A stretch of DNA of 64,000 nucleotides from Nemertoderma westbladi (lineage: Eukaryota > Animalia > Xenacoelomorpha). Positions 15,001-30,000 of this stretch are shown one piece after another. The position numbers and the translations under genes were made by a program. How positions within the stretch are numbered: the stretch's first letter is position 1; each line of letters opens with the position of its first letter. The notes beneath the pieces were generated by a model. It did no database searches. It saw nothing but the letters and a program-made list of their open reading frames with translations, and was not told where the DNA came from. The stretch is from the NCBI GenBank assembly GCA_032718475.1, contig JAUCBJ010007822.1, forward strand, positions 62,001 to 126,000. Direction: 5' to 3'.

Positions 15001-18000
15001 ATAGATTCGGGTAGGAACAGGTTGGGAGTGTCAGTTAGTTGTGAGTGAAGCCTCATAGATTGGGGTAGGAACGGAACAGGTTGGGAGTGTCAGTTAGTTG
15101 TGAGTGAAGTCTCATAGATTGGGGTAGGAACAGGTTGGGAGTGTCAGTTAGTTGTGAGTGAAGCCTCATAGATTGGGGTAGGAACGGAACAGGTTGGGAG
15201 TGTCAGTTAGTTGTGAGTGAAGCCCCATAGATTGGGGTAGGAACAGGTTGGGAGTGTCAGTTAGTTGTGAGTGAAGCCTCATAGATTGCGGTAGGAACGG
15301 AACAGGTTGGGAGTGTCAGTTAGTTGTGAGTGAAGCCTCATAGATTGGGGTAGGAACAGGTTGGGAGTGTCAGTTAGTTGTGAGTGAAGCCTCATAGATT
15401 GCGGTAGGAACGGAACAGGTTGGGAGTGTCAGTTAGTTGTGAGTGAAGCCTCATAGATTGGGGTAGGAACAGGTTGGGAGTGTCAGTTAGTTGTGAGTGA
15501 AGCCTCATAGATTGGGGTAGGAACAGGTTGGGAGTGTCAGTTAGTTGTGAGTGAAGCCTCATAGATTGCGGTAGGAACGGAACAGGTTGGGAGTGTCAGT
15601 TAGTTGTGAGTGAAGTCTCATAGATTGGGGTAGGAACAGGTTGGGAGTGTCAGCTAGTTGTGAGTGAAGCCTCATAGATTGCGGTAGGAACAGGTTGGGA
15701 GTGTCAGTTAGTTGTGAGTGAAGCCTCATAGATTGCGGTAGGAACAGGTTGGGAGTGTCAGTTAGTTGTGAGTGAAGTCTCATAGATTGGGGTAGGAACA
15801 GGTTGGGAGTGTCAGCTAGTTGTGAGTGAAGCCTCATAGATTGCGGTAGGAACAGGTTGGGAGTGTCAGTTAGTTGTGAGTGAAGTCTCATAGATTGGGG
15901 TAGGAACAGGTTGGGAGTGTCAGTTAGTTGTGAGTGAAGTCTCATAGATTGGGGTAGGAACGGAACAGGTTGGGAGTGTCAGTTAGTTGTGAGTGAAGCC
16001 TCATAGATTGGGGTAGGAACAGGTTGGGAGTGTCAGTTAGTTGTGAGTGAAGCCTCATAGATTGGGGTAGGAACGGAACAGGTTGGGAGTGTCAGTTAGT
16101 TGTGAGTGAAGTCTCATAGATTGGGGTAGGAACAGGTTGGGAGTGTCAGTTAGTTGTGAGTGAAGCCTCATAGATTCGGGTAGGAACAGGTTGGGAGTGT
16201 CAGTTAGTTGTGAGTGAAGCCTCATAGATTCGGGTAGGAACAGGTTGGGAGTGTCAGTTAGTTGTGAGTGAAGCCTCATAGATTGGGGTAGGAACAGGTT
16301 GGGAGTGTCAGTTAGTTGTGAGTGAAGCCTCATAGATTGGGGTAGGAACAGGTTGGGAGTGTCAGTTAGTTGTGAGTGAAGCCTTATAGATTGCGGTAGG
16401 AACAGGTTGGGAGTGTCAGTTAGTTGTGAGTGAAGCCTCATAGATTCGGGTAGGAACAGGTTGGGAGTGTCAGTTAGTTGTGAGTGAAGCCTCATAGATT
16501 GCGGTAGGAACAGGTTGGGAGTGTCAGTTAGTTGTGAGTGAAGCCTCATAGATTCGGGTAGGAACAGGTTGGGAGTGTCAGTTAGTTGTGAGTGAAGTCT
16601 CATAGATTGGGGTAGGAACAGGTTGGGAGTGTCAGTTAGTTGTGAGTGAAGCCTCATAGATTGGGGTAGGAACAGGTTGGGAGTGTCAGTTAGTTGTGAG
16701 TGAAGCCTCATAGATTCGGGTAGGAACAGGTTGGGAGTGTCAGTTAGTTGTGAGTGAAGCCTCATAGATTGGGGTAGGAACAGGTTGGGAGTGTCAGTTA
16801 GTTGTGAGTGAAGCCTCATAGGTTGGGGTAGGAACAGGTTGGGAGTGTCAGTTAGTTGTGAGTGAAGCCTCATAGATTGGGGTAGGAACAGGTTGGGAGT
16901 GTCAGTTAGTTGTGAGTGAAGTCTCATAGATTGGGGTAGGAACAGGTTGGGAGTGTCAGTTAGTTGTGAGTGAAGTCTCATAGATTGGGGTAGGAACAGG
17001 TTGGGAGTGTCAGTTAGTTGCGAGTGAAGTCTCATAGGTTGGGGTAGGAACAGGTTGGGAGTGTCAGTTAGTTGTGAGTGAAGCCTCATAGATTGGGGTA
17101 GGAACAGGTTGGGAGTGTCAGTTAGTTGTGAGTGAAGCCTCATAGATTGGGGTAGGAACGGAACAGGTTGGGAGTGTCAGTTAGTTGTGAGTGAAGCCTC
17201 GTAGATTGGGGTAGGAACGGAACAGGTTGGGAGTGTCAGTTAGTTGTGAGTGAAGTCTCATAGGTTGGGGTAGGAACAGGTTGGGAGTGTCAGTTAGTTG
17301 TGAGTGAAGCCTCATAGGTTGGGGTAGGAACGGAACAGGTTGGGAGTGTCAGTTAGTTGTGAGTGAAGCCTCGTAGATTGGGGTAGGAACGGAACAGGTT
17401 GGGAGTGTCAGTTAGTTGTGAGTGAAGTCTCATAGATTGGGGTAGGAACAGGTTGGGAGTGTCAGTTAGTTGTGAGTGAAGCCTCATAGGTTGGGGTAGG
17501 AACGGAACAGGTTGGGAGTGTCAGTTAGTTGTGAGTGAAGCCTCGTAGATTGGGGTAGGAACGGAACAGGTTGGGAGTGTCAGTTAGTTGTGAGTGAAGC
17601 CTCATAGATTGGGGTAGGAACAGGTTGGGAGTGTCAGTTAGTTGTGAGTGAAGCCTCATAGATTGGGGTAGGAACAGGTTGGGAGTGTCAGTTAGTTGTG
17701 AGTGAAGCCTCATAGATTGCGGTAGGAACAGGTTGGGAGTGTCAGTTAGTTGTGAGTGAAGCCTCATAGGTTGGGGTAGGAACAGGTTGGGAGTGTCAGT
17801 TAGTTGTGAGTGAAGCCTCATAGATTGGGGTAGGAACAGGTTGGGAGTGTCAGTTAGTTGTGAGTGAAGTCTCATAGATTGGGGTAGGAACAGGTTGGGA
17901 GTGTCAGTTAGTTGTGAGTGAAGTCTCATAGATTGGGGTAGGAACAGGTTGGGAGTGTCAGTTAGTTGCGAGTGAAGTCTCATAGGTTGGGGTAGGAACA

Positions 18001-21000
18001 GGTTGGGAGTGTCAGTTAGTTGTGAGTGAAGTCTCATAGATTGGGGTAGGAACTGGTTGGGAGTGTCAGTTAGTTGTGAGTGAAGCCTCATAGATTGGGG
18101 TAGGAACGGAACAGGTTGGGAGTGTCAGTTAGTTGTGAGTGAAGCCTCATAGATTGGGGTAGGAACAGGTTGGGAGTGTCAGTTAGTTGTGAGTGAAGCC
18201 TCATAGATTCGGGTAGGAACAGGTTGGGAGTGTCAGTTAGTTGTGAGTGAAGCCTCATAGATTGGGGTAGGAACAGGTTGGGAGTGTCAGTTAGTTGTGA
18301 GTGAAGCCTCGTAGATTGGGGTAGGAACGGAACAGGTTGGGAGTGTCAGTTAGTTGTGAGTGAAGTCTCATAGGTTGGGGTAGGAACAGGTTGGGAGTGT
18401 CAGTTAGTTGTGAGTGAAGCCTCATAGGTTGGGGTAGGAACGGAACAGGTTGGGAGTGTCAGTTAGTTGTGAGTGAAGCCTCATAGATTGCGGTAGGAAC
18501 GGAACAGGTTGGGAGTGTCAGTTAGTTGTGAGTGAAGCCTCATAGATTGGGGTAGGAACAGGTTGGGAGTGTCAGTTAGTTGTGAGTGAAGCCTCGTAGA
18601 TTGGGGTAGGAACGGAACAGGTTGGGAGTGTCAGTTAGTTGTGAGTGAAGCCTCATAGATTGGTGTAGGAACAGGTTGGGAGTGTCAGTTAGTTGTGAGT
18701 GAAGCCTCATAGATTGGGGTAGGAATAGGTTGGGAGTGTCAGTTAGTTGTGAGTGAAGCCTCATAGATTGGGGTAGGAACGGAACAGGTTGGGAGTGTCA
18801 GTTAGTTGTGAGTGAAGTCTCATAGGTTGGGGTAGGAACAGGTTGGGAGTGTCAGTTAGTTGTGAGTGAAGCCTCATAGATTGGGGTAGGAACGGAACAG
18901 GTTGGGAGTGTCAGTTAGTTGTGAGTGAAGTCTCATAGGTTGGGGTAGGAACAGGTTGGGAGTGTCAGTTAGTTGTGAGTGAAGCCTCATAGGTTGGGGT
19001 AGGAACGGAACAGGTTGTGAGTGTCAGTTAGTTGTGAGTGAAGCCTCATAGATTGGGGTAGGAACAGGTTGGGAGTGTCAGTTAGTTGTGAGTGAAGCCT
19101 CGTAGATTGGGGTAGGAACGGAACAGGTTGGGAGTGTCAGTTAGTTGTGAGTGAAGCCTCATAGATTGGTGTAGGAACAGGTTGGGAGTGTCAGTTAGTT
19201 GTGAGTGAAGCCTCATAGATTGGGGTAGGAACAGGTTGGGAGTGTCAGTTAGTTGTGAGTGAAGTCTCATAGGTTGGGGTAGGAACAGGTTGGGAGTGTC
19301 AGTTAGTTGTGAGTGAAGTCTCATAGATTGGGGTAGGAACAGATTGGGAGTGTCAGTTAGTTGTGAGTGAAGTCTCATAGATTGGGGTAGGAACGGAACA
19401 GGTTGGGAGTGTCAGTTAGTTGTGAGTGAAGCCTCATAGATTGGGGTAGGAACAGGTTGGGAGTGTCAGTTAGTTGTGAGTGAAGCCTCATAGATTGGGG
19501 TAGGAACGGAACAGGTTGGGAGTGTCAGTTAGTTGTGAGTGAAGTCTCATAGATTGGGGTAGGAACGGAACAGGTTGGGAGTGTCAGTTAGTTGTGAGTG
19601 AAGCCTCATAGATTGCGGTAGGAACGGAACAGGTTGGGAGTGTCAGTTAGTTGTGAGTGAAGCCTCGTAGATTGGGGTAGGAACGGAACAGGTTGGGAGT
19701 GTCAGTTAGTTGTGAGTGAAGTCTCATAGGTTGGGGTAGGAACAGGTTGGGAGTGTCAGTTAGTTGTGAGTGAAGCCTCATAGGTTGGGGTAGGAACGGA
19801 ACAGGTTGGGAGTGTCAGTTAGTTGTGAGTGAAGCCTCGTAGATTGGGGTAGGAACGGAACAGGTTGGGAGTGTCAGTTAGTTGTGAGTGAAGCCTCATA
19901 GATTGGTGTAGGAACAGGTTGGGAGTGTCACTTAGTTGTGAGTGAAGCCTCATAGATTGGGGTAGGAACAGGTTGGGAGTGTCAGTTAGTTGTGAGTGAA
20001 GTCTCATAGATTGGTGTAGGAACAGGTTGGGAGTGTCAGTTAGTTGTGAGTGAAGCCTCATAGATTGGGGTAGGAACGGAACAGGTTGGGAGTGTCAGTT
20101 AGTTGTGAGTGAAGTCTCATAGATTGCGGTAGGAACAGGTTGGGAGTGTCAGTTAGTTGTGAGTGAAGTCTCATAGATTGGGGTAGGAACAGGTTGGGAG
20201 TGTCAGCTAGTTGTGAGTGAAGTCTCATAGATTGGGGTTGGAACAGGTTGGGAGTGTCAGTTAGTTGTGAGTGAAGCCTCATAGATTGGGGTAGGAACAG
20301 GTTGGGAGTGTCAGTTAGTTGTGAGTGAAGCCTCATAGATTGCGGTAGGAACAGGTTGGGAGTGTCAGTTAGTTGTGAGTGAAGCCTCATAGATTGGGGT
20401 AGGAACAGGTTGGGAGTGTCAGTTAGTTGTGAGTGAAGCCTCGTAGATTGGGGTAGGAACGGAACAGGTTGGGAGTGTCAGTTAGTTGTGAGTGAAGCCT
20501 CATAGATTGCGGTAGGAACAGGTTGGGAGTGTCAGTTAGTTGTGAGTGAAGCCTCATAGATTGGGGTAGGAACGGAACAGGTTGGGAGTGTCAGTTAGTT
20601 GTGAGTGAAGCCTCATAGATTGCGGTAGGAACAGGTTGGGAGTGTCAGTTAGTTGTGAGTGAATCCTCATAGATTGCGGTAGGAACGGAACAGGTTGGGA
20701 GTGTCAGTTAGTTGTGAGTGAAGCCTCATAGATTGGGGTAGGAACGGAACAGGTTGGGAGTGTCAGTTAGTTGTGAGTGAAGCCTCATAGATTGGGGTAG
20801 GAACGGAACTGGTTGGGAGTGTCAGTTAGTTGTGAGTGAAGCCTCATAGATTGGGGTAGGAACGGAACAGGTTGGGAGTGTCAGTTAGTTGTGAGTGAAG
20901 CCTCATAGATTGGGGTAGGAACAGGTTGGGAGTGTCAGTTAGTTGTGAGTGAAGTCTCATAGATTGCGGTAGGAACAGGTTGGGAGTGTCAGTTAGTTGT

Positions 21001-24000
21001 GAGTGAAGCCTCATAGATTGGGGTAGGAACGGAACAGGTTGGGAGTGTCAGTTAGTTGTGAGTGAAGCCTCATAGATTGGGGTAGGAACGGAACAGGTTG
21101 GGAGTGTCAGTTAGTTGTGAGTGAAGCCTCATAGATTGGGGTAGGAACGGAACAGGTTGGGAGTGTCAGTTAGTTGTGAGTGAAGCCTCATAGATTGGGG
21201 TAGGAACAGGTTGGGAGTGTCAGTTAGTTGTGAGTGAAGCCTCATAGATTGGGGTAGGAACGGAACAGGTTGGGAGTGTCAGTTAGTTGTGAGTGAAGCC
21301 TCATAGATTGGGGTAGGAACGGAACAGGTTGGGAGTGTCAGTTAGTTGTGAGTGAAGCCTCTTAGATTGGGGTAGGAACGGAACAGGTTGGGAGTGTCAG
21401 TTAGTTGTGAGTGAAGTCTCATAGATTGCGGTAGGAACAGGTTGGGAGTGTCAGTTAGTTGTGAGTGAAGCCTCATAGATTGCGGTAGGAACAGGTTGGG
21501 AGTGTCAGTTAGTTGTGAGTGAAGCCTCATAGATTGGGGTAGGAACGGAACAGGTTGGGAGTGTCAGTTAGTTGTGAGTGAAGCCTCTTAGATTGGGGTA
21601 GGAACGGAACAGGTTGGGAGTGTCAGTTAGTTGTGAGTGAAGCCTCATAGATTGCGGTAGGAACAGGTTGGGAGTGTCAGTTAGTTGTGAGTGAAGCCTC
21701 ATAGATTGCGGTAGGAACGGAACAGGTTGGGAGTGTCAGTTAGTTGTGAGTGAAGCCTCATAGATTGGGGTAGGAACAGGTTGGGAGTGTCAGTTAGTTG
21801 TGAGTGAAGCCTCATAGATTGGGGTAGGAACAGGTTGGGAGTGTCAGTTAGTTGTGAGTGAAGCCTCATAGATTGCGGTAGGAACGGAACAGGTTGGGAG
21901 TGTCAGTTAGTTGTGAGTGAAGCCTCATAGATTGCGGTAGGAACGGAACAGGTTGGGAGTGTCAGTTAGTTGTGAGTGAAGCCTCATAGATTGGGGTAGG
22001 AACAGGTTGGGAGTGTCAGTTAGTTGTGAGTGAAGCCTCATAGATTGGGGTAGGAACAGGTTGGGAGTGTCAGTTAGTTGTGAGTGAAGCCTCATAGATT
22101 GCGGTAGGAACGGAACAGGTTGGGAGTGTCAGTTAGTTGTGAGTGAAGCCTCATAGATTGGGGTAGGAACAGGTTGGGAGTGTCAGTTAGTTGTGAGTGA
22201 AGCCTCATAGATTGCGGTAGGAACAGGTTGGGAGTGTCAGTTAGTTGTGAGTGAAGCCTCATAGATTGGGGTAAGAACGGAACAGGTTGGGAGTGTCAGT
22301 TAGTTGTGAGTGAAGCCTCATAGATTGGGGTTGTGGTAGGAACAGGTTGGGAGTGTCAGTTAGTTGTGAGTGAAGCCTCATAGATTGGGGTTGTGGTAGG
22401 AACAGGTTGGGAGTGTCAGTTAGTTGTGAGTGAAGCCTCATAGATTGGGGTTGGGGTAGGAACAGGTTGGGAGTGTCAGTTAGTTGTGAGTGAAGCCTCA
22501 TAGATTGGGGTTGGGGTAGGAACAGGTTGGGAGTGTCAGTTAGTTGTGAGTGAAGCCTCATAGATTGGGGTAGGAACGGAACAGGTTGGGAGTGTCAGTT
22601 AGTTGTGAGTGAAGCCTCATAGATTGGGGTTGGGGTAGGAACAGGTTGGGAGTGTCAGTTAGTTGTGAGTGAAGCCTCATAGATTGGGGTAGGAACGGAA
22701 CAGGTTGGGAGTGTCAGTTAGTTGTGAGTGAAGCCTCATAGATTGCGGTAGGAACGGAACAGGTTGGGAGTGTCAGTTAGTTGTGAGTGAAGCCTCATAG
22801 ATTGCGGTAGGAACGGAACAGGTTGGGAGTGTCAGTTAGTTGTGAGTGAAGCCTCATAGATTGGGGTAGGAACAGGTTGGGAGTGTCAGTTAGTTGTGAG
22901 TGAAGCCTCATAGATTGCGGTAGGAACGGAACAGGTTGGGAGTGTCAGTTAGTTGTGAGTGAAGTCTCATAGATTGCGGTAGGAACAGGTTGGGAGTGTC
23001 AGTTAGTTGTGAGTGAAGCCTCATAGATTGCGGTAGGAACAGGTTGGGAGTGTCAGTTAGTTGTGAGTGAAGCCTCATAGATTGGGGTAAGAACGGAACA
23101 GGTTGGGAGTGTCAGTTAGTTATGAGTGAAGTCTCATAGATTGCGGTAGGAACAGGTTGGGAGTGTCAGTTAGTTGTGAGTGAAGCCTCATAGATTGGGG
23201 TTGTGGTAGGAACAGGTTGGGAGTGTCAGTTAGTTGTGAGTGAAGCCTCATAGATTGGGGTTGGGGTAGGAACAGGTTGGGAGTGTCAGTTAGTTGTGAG
23301 TGAAGCCTCATAGATTGGGGTTGGGGTAGGAACAGGTTGGGAGTGTCAGTTAGTTGTGAGTGAAGCCTCATAGATTGGGGTAGGAACGGAACAGGTTGGG
23401 AGTGTCAGTTAGTTGTGAGTGAAGCCTCATAGATTGGGGTGGAGGAACAGGTTGGGAGTGTCAGTTAGTTGTGAGTGAAGCCTCATAGATTGGGGTAGGA
23501 ACGGAACAGGTTGGGAGTGTCAGTTAGTTGTGAGTGAAGCCTCATAGATTGGGGTAGGAACGGAACAGGTTGGGAGTGTCAGTTAGTTGTGAGTGAAGCC
23601 TCATAGATTGGGGTAGGAACAGGTTGGGAGTGTCAGTTAGTTGTGAGTGAAGCCTCATAGATTGGGGTAGGAACGGAACAGGTTGGGAGTGTCAGTTAGT
23701 TGTGAGTGAAGCCTCATAGATTGGGGTAGGAACAGGTTGGGAGTGTCAGTTAGTTGTGAGTGAAGCCTCATAGATTGGGGTAGGAACGGAACAGGTTGGG
23801 AGTGTCAGTTAGTTGTGAGTGAAGCCTCATAGATTGGGGTAGGAACGGAACAGGTTGGGAGTGTCAGTTAGTTGTGAGTGAAGCCTCATAGATTGCGGTA
23901 GGAACGGAACAGGTTGGGAGTGTCAGTTAGTTGTGAGTGAAGCCTCATAGATTGGGGTAGGAACAGGTTGGGAGTGTCAGTTAGTTGTGAGTGAAGCCTC

Positions 24001-27000
24001 ATAGATTGCGGTAGGAACGGAACAGGTTGGGAGTGTCAGTTAGTTGTGAGTGAAGCCTCATAGATTGGGGTAGGAACGGAACAGGTTGGGAGTGTCAGTT
24101 AGTTGTGAGTGAAGCCTCATAGATTGGGGTAGGAACGGAACAGGTTGGGAGTATCAGTTAGTTGTGAGTGAAGCCTCATAGATTGCGGTAGGAACAGGTT
24201 GGGAGTGTCAGTTAGTTGTGAGTGAAGCCTCATAGATTGGGGTAGGAACGGAACAGGTTGGGAGTATCAGTTAGTTGTGAGTGAAGTCTCATAGATTGGG
24301 GTAGGAACAGGTTGGGAGTGTCAGTTAGTTGTGAGTGAAGCCTCATAGATTGCGGTAGGAACAGGTTGGGAGTGTCAGTTAGTTGTGAGTGAAGCCTCAT
24401 AGATTGGGGTAGGAACGGAACAGGTTGGGAGTGTCAGTTAGTTGTGAGTGAAGCCTCATAGATTGGGGTAGGAACGGAACAGGTTGGGAGTGTCAGTTAG
24501 TTGTGAGTGAAGCCTCATAGATTGGGGTAGGAACAGGTTGGGAGTGTCAGTTAGTTGTGAGTGAAGCCTCATAGATTGGGGTAGGAACGGAACAGGTTGG
24601 GAGTGTCAGTTAGTTGTGAGTGAAGCCTCATAGATTGGGGTAGGAACAGGTTGGGAGTGTCAGTTAGTTGTGAGTGAAGCCTCATAGATTGCGGTAGGAA
24701 CGGAACAGGTTGGGAGTATCAGTTAGTTGTGAGTGAAGCCTCATAGATTGGGGTAGGAACAGGTTGGGAGTGTCAGTTAGTTGTGAGTGAAGCCTCATAG
24801 ATTGCGGTAGGAACAGGTTGGGAGTGTCAGTTAGTTGTGAGTGAAGCCTCATAGATTGGGGTAGGAACGGAACGGGTTGGGAGTGTCAGTTAGTTGTGAG
24901 TGAAGCCTCATAGATTGGGGTAGGAACAGGTTGGGAGTGTCAGTTAGTTGTGAGTGAAGTCTCATAGATTGGGGTAGGAACGGAGCAGGTTGGGAGTGTC
25001 AGTTAGTTGTGAGTGAAGCCTCATAGATTGGGGTAGGAACAGGTTGGGAGTGTCAGTTAGTTGTGAGTGAAGCCTCATATATTGGGGTAGGAACGGAACA
25101 GGTTGGGAGTGTCAGTTAGTTGTGAGTGAAGCCTCATAGATTGGTGTAGGAACGGAACAGGTTGGGAGTGTCAGTTAGTTGTGAGTGAAGCCTCATAGAT
25201 TGGGGTAGGAACGGAACGGGTTGGGAGTGTCAGTTAGTTGTGAGTGAAGCCTCATAGATTGGGGTAGGAACAGGTTGGGAGTGTCAGTTAGTTGTGAGTG
25301 AAGCCTCATATATTGGGGTAGGAACGGAACAGGTTGGGAGTGTCAGTTAGTTGTGAGTGAAGCCTCATAGATTGGGGTAGGAACGGAACGGGTTGGGAGT
25401 GTCAGTTAGTTGTGAGTGAAGCCTCATAGATTGGGGTAGGAACAGGTTGGGAGTGTCAGTTAGTTGTGAGTGAAGCCTCATAGATTGCGGTAGGAACAGG
25501 TTGGGAGTGTCAGCTAGTTGTGAGTGAAGCCTCATAGATTGGGGTAGGAACAGGTTGGGAGTGTCAGTTAGTTGTGAGTGAAGCCTCATAGATTGGGGTA
25601 GGAACAGGTTGGGAGTGTCAGTTAGTTGTGAGTGAAGCCTCATAGATTGGGGTAGGAACGGAACAGGTTGGGAGTGTCAGTTAGTTGTGAGTGAAGCCTC
25701 ATAGATTGGGGTAGGAACGGAACAGGTTGGGAGTGTCAGTTAGTTGTGAGTGAAGCCTCATAGATTGGGGTAGGAACGGAACAGGTTGGGAGTGTCAGTT
25801 AGTTGTGAGTGAAGCCTCATAGATTGGGGTAGGAACGGAACAGGTTGGGAGTGTCAGTTAGTTGTGAGTGAAGTCTCATAGATTGGGGTAGGAACAGGTT
25901 GGGAGTGTCAGTTAGTTGTGAGTGAAGCCTCATAGATTGGGGTAGGAACAGGTTGGGAGTGTCAGTTAGTTGTGAGTGAAGCCTCATAGATTGGGGTTGG
26001 GGTAGGAACAGGTTGGGAGTGTCAGTTAGTTGTGAGTGAAGCCTCATAGATTGGGGTTGGGGTAGGAACAGGTTGGGAGTGTCAGTTAGTTGTGAGTGAA
26101 GCCTCATAGATTGGGGTTGGGGTAGGAACAGGTTGGGAGTGTCAGTTAGTTGTGAGTGAAGCCTCATAGATTGGGGTAGGAACAGGTTGGGAGTGTCAGT
26201 TAGTTGTGAGTGAAGCCTCATATATTGGGGTAGGAACAGGTTGGGAGTGTCAGTTAGTTGTGAGTGAAGCCTCATAGATTGGGGTAGGAACAGGTTGGGA
26301 GTGTCAGTTAGTTGTGAGTGAAGCCTCATAGATTGGGGTAGGAACGGAACAGGTTGGGAGTGTCAGTTAGTTGTGAGTGAAGCCTCATAGATTGGGGTAG
26401 GAACGGAACAGGTTGGGAGTGTCAGTTAGTTGTGAGTGAATCCTCATAGATTGGGGTAGGAACAGGTTGGGAGTGTCAGTTAGTTGTGAGTGAAGTCTCA
26501 TAGATTGCGGTAGGAACGGAACAGGTTGGGAGTGTCAGTTAGTTGTGAGTGAAGCCTCATAGATTGGGGTAGGAACAGGTTGGGAGTGTCAGTTAGTTGT
26601 GAGTGAAGCCTCATAGATTGCGGTAGGAACAGGTTGGGAGTGTCAGTTAGTTGTGAGTGAAGCCTCATAGATTGGGGTAGGAACGGAACAGGTTGGGAGT
26701 GTCAGTTAGTTGTGAGTGAAGCCTCATAGATTGGGGTAGGAACAGGTTGGGAGTGTCAGTTAGTTGTGAGTGAAGCCTCATAGATTGGGGTAGGAACGGA
26801 ACAGGTTGGGAGTGTCAGTTAGTTGTGAGTGAAGCCTCATAGATTGGGGTAGGAACAGGTTGGGAGTGTCAGTTAGTTGTGAGTGAAGCCTCATAGATTG
26901 CGGTAGGAACGGAACAGGTTGGGAGTGTCAGTTAGTTGTGAGTGAAGCCTCATAGATTGGGGTAGGAACGGAACAGGTTGGGAGTGTCAGTTAGTTGTGA

Positions 27001-30000
27001 GTGAAGCCTCATAGATTGGGGTAGGAACAGGTTGGGAGTGTCAGTTAGTTGTGAGTGAAGTCTCATAGATTGGGGTAGGAACAGGTTGGGAGTGTCAGTT
27101 AGTTGTGAGTGAAGCCTCATAGATTGGGGTAGGAACGGAGCAGGTTGGGAGTGTCAGTTAGTTGTGAGTGAAGCCTCATAGATTGGGGTAGGAACGGAAC
27201 AGGTTGGGAGTGTCAGTTAGTTGTGAGTGAAGTCTCATAGATTGGGGTAGGAACGGAACAGGTTGGGAGTGTCAGTTAGTTGTGAGTGAAGTCTCATAGA
27301 TTGGGGTAGGAACGGAACAGGTTGGGAGTGTCAGTTAGTTGTGAGTGAAGCCTGATAGATTGCGGTAGGAACAGGTTGGGAGTGTCAGTTAGTTGTGAGT
27401 GAAGCCTCATAGATTGGGGTAGGAACGGAACAGGTTGGGAGTGTCAGTTAGTTGTGAGTGAAGCCTCATAGATTGGGGTAGGAACGGAACAGGTTGGGAG
27501 TGTCAGTTAGTTGTGAGTGAAGTCTCATAGATTGGGGTAGGAACGGAACAGGTTGGGAGTGTCAGTTAGTTGTGAGTGAAGTCTCATAGATTGGGGTAGG
27601 AACGGAACAGGTTGGGAGTGTCAGTTAGTTGTGAGTGAAGCCTGATAGATTGCGGTAGGAACAGGTTGGGAGTGTCAGTTAGTTGTGAGTGAAGCCTCAT
27701 AGATTGGGGTAGGAACGGAACAGGTTGGGAGTGTCAGTTAGTTGTGAGTGAAGTCTCATAGATTGGGGTAGGAACGGAACAGGTTGGGAGTGTCAGTTAG
27801 TTGTGAGTGAAGCCTCATAGATTGCGGTAGGAACAGGTTGGGAGTGTCAGTTAGTTGTGAGTGAAGCCTCATAGATTGGGGTAGGAACGGAACAGGTTGG
27901 GAGTGTCAGTTAGTTGTGAGTGAAGCCTCATAGATTGGGGTAGGAACGGAACAGGTTGGGAGTGTCAGTTAGTTGTGAGTGAAGTCTCATAGATTGGGGT
28001 AGGAACGGAACAGGTTGGGAGTGTCAGTTAGTTGTGAGTGAAGCCTCATAGATTGGGGTAGGAACGGAACGGGTTGGGAGTGTCAGTTAGTTGTGAGTGA
28101 AGCCTCATAGATTGGGGTAGGAACAGGTTGGGAGTGTCAGTTAGTTGTGAGTGAAGTCTCATAGATTGGGGTAGGAACGGAGCAGGTTGGGAGTGTCAGT
28201 TAGTTGTGAGTGAAGCCTCATAGATTGGGGTAGGAACAGGTTGGGAGTGTCAGTTAGTTGTGAGTGAAGCCTCATATATTGGGGTAGGAACGGAACAGGT
28301 TGGGAGTGTCAGTTAGTTGTGAGTGAAGCCTCATAGATTGGTGTAGGAACGGAACAGGTTGGGAGTGTCAGTTAGTTGTGAGTGAAGCCTCATAGATTGG
28401 GGTAGGAACGGAACGGGTTGGGAGTGTCAGTTAGTTGTGAGTGAAGCCTCATAGATTGGGGTAGGAACAGGTTGGGAGTGTCAGTTAGTTGTGAGTGAAG
28501 TCTCATAGATTGGGGTAGGACACAGGTTGGGAGTGTCAGTTAGTTGTGAGTGAAGCCTCATAGATTGGGGTAGGAACAGGTTGGGAGTGTCAGTTAGTTG
28601 TGAGTGAAGCCTCATAGATTGGGGTAGGAACGGAACAGGTTGGGAGTGTCAGTTAGTTGTGAGTGAAGCCTCATAGATTGGGGTAGGAACGGAACAGGTT
28701 GGGAGTGTCAGTTAGTTGTGAGTGAAGTCTCATAGATTGGGGTACGGAACAGGTTGGGAGTGTCAGTTAGTTGTGAGTGAAGCCTCATAGATTGGGGTAG
28801 GAACAGGTTGGGAGTGTCAGTTAGTTGTGAGTGAAGCCTCATAGATTGGGGTAGGAACAGGTTGGGAGTGTCAGTTAGTTGTGAGTGAAGCCTCATAGAT
28901 TGGGGTAGGAACGGAACAGGTTGGGAGTGTCAGTTAGTTGTGAGTGAAGTCTCATAGATTGGGGTAGGAACAGGTTGGGAGTGTCAGTTAGTTGTGAGTG
29001 AAGCCTCATAGATTGGGGTAGGAACAGGTTGGGAGTGTCAGTTAGTTGTGAGTGAAGCCTCATAGATTGGGGTAGGAACAGGTTGGGAGTGTCAGTTAGT
29101 TGTGAGTGAAGCCTCATAGATTGGGGTAGGAACAGGTTGGGAGTGTCAGTTAGTTGTGAGTGAAGTCTCATAGATTGGGGTAGGAACGGAACAGGTTGGG
29201 AGTGTCAGTTAGTTGCGAGTGAAGCCTCATAGATTGGGGTAGGAACAGGTTGGGAGTGTCAGTTAGTTGTGAGTGAAGCCTCATAGATTGGGGTAGGGAG
29301 CAGGTTGGGAGTGTCAGTTAGTTGTGAGTGAAGCCTCATAGATTGGGGTAGGAACGGAACAGGTTGGGAGTGTCAGTTAGTTGTGAGTGAAGCCTCATAG
29401 ATTGCGGTAGGAACAGGTTGGGAGTGTCAGTTAGTTGTGAGTGAAGCCTCATAGATTGCGGTAGGAACAGGTTGGGAGTGTCAGTTAGTTGTGAGTGAAG
29501 CCTCATAGATTGGGGTAGGAACGGAACAGGTTGGGAGTGTCAGTTAGTTGTGAGTGAAGCCTCATAGATTGCGGTAGGAACAGGTTGGGAGTGTCAGTTA
29601 GTTGTGAGTGAAGCCTCATAGATTGGGGTAGGAACGGAGCAGGTTGGGAGTGTCAGTTAGTTGTGAGTGAAGCCTCATAGATTGGGGTAGGAACAGGTTG
29701 GGAGTGTCAGTTAGTTGTGAGTGAAGCCTCATAGATTGGGGTAGGAACAGGTTGGGAGTGTCAGTTAGTTGTGAGTGAAGCCTCATAGATTGGGGTAGGA
29801 ACAGGTTGGGAGTGTCAGTTAGTTGTGAGTGAAGCCTCATAGATTGGGGTAGGAACAGGTTGGGAGTGTCAGTTAGTTGTGAGTGAAGCCTCATAGATTG
29901 GGGTAGGAACGGAACAGGTTGGGAGTGTCAGTTAGTTGTGAGTGAAGTCTCATAGATTGGGGTAGGAACGGAGCAGGTTGGGAGTGTCAGTTAGTTGTGA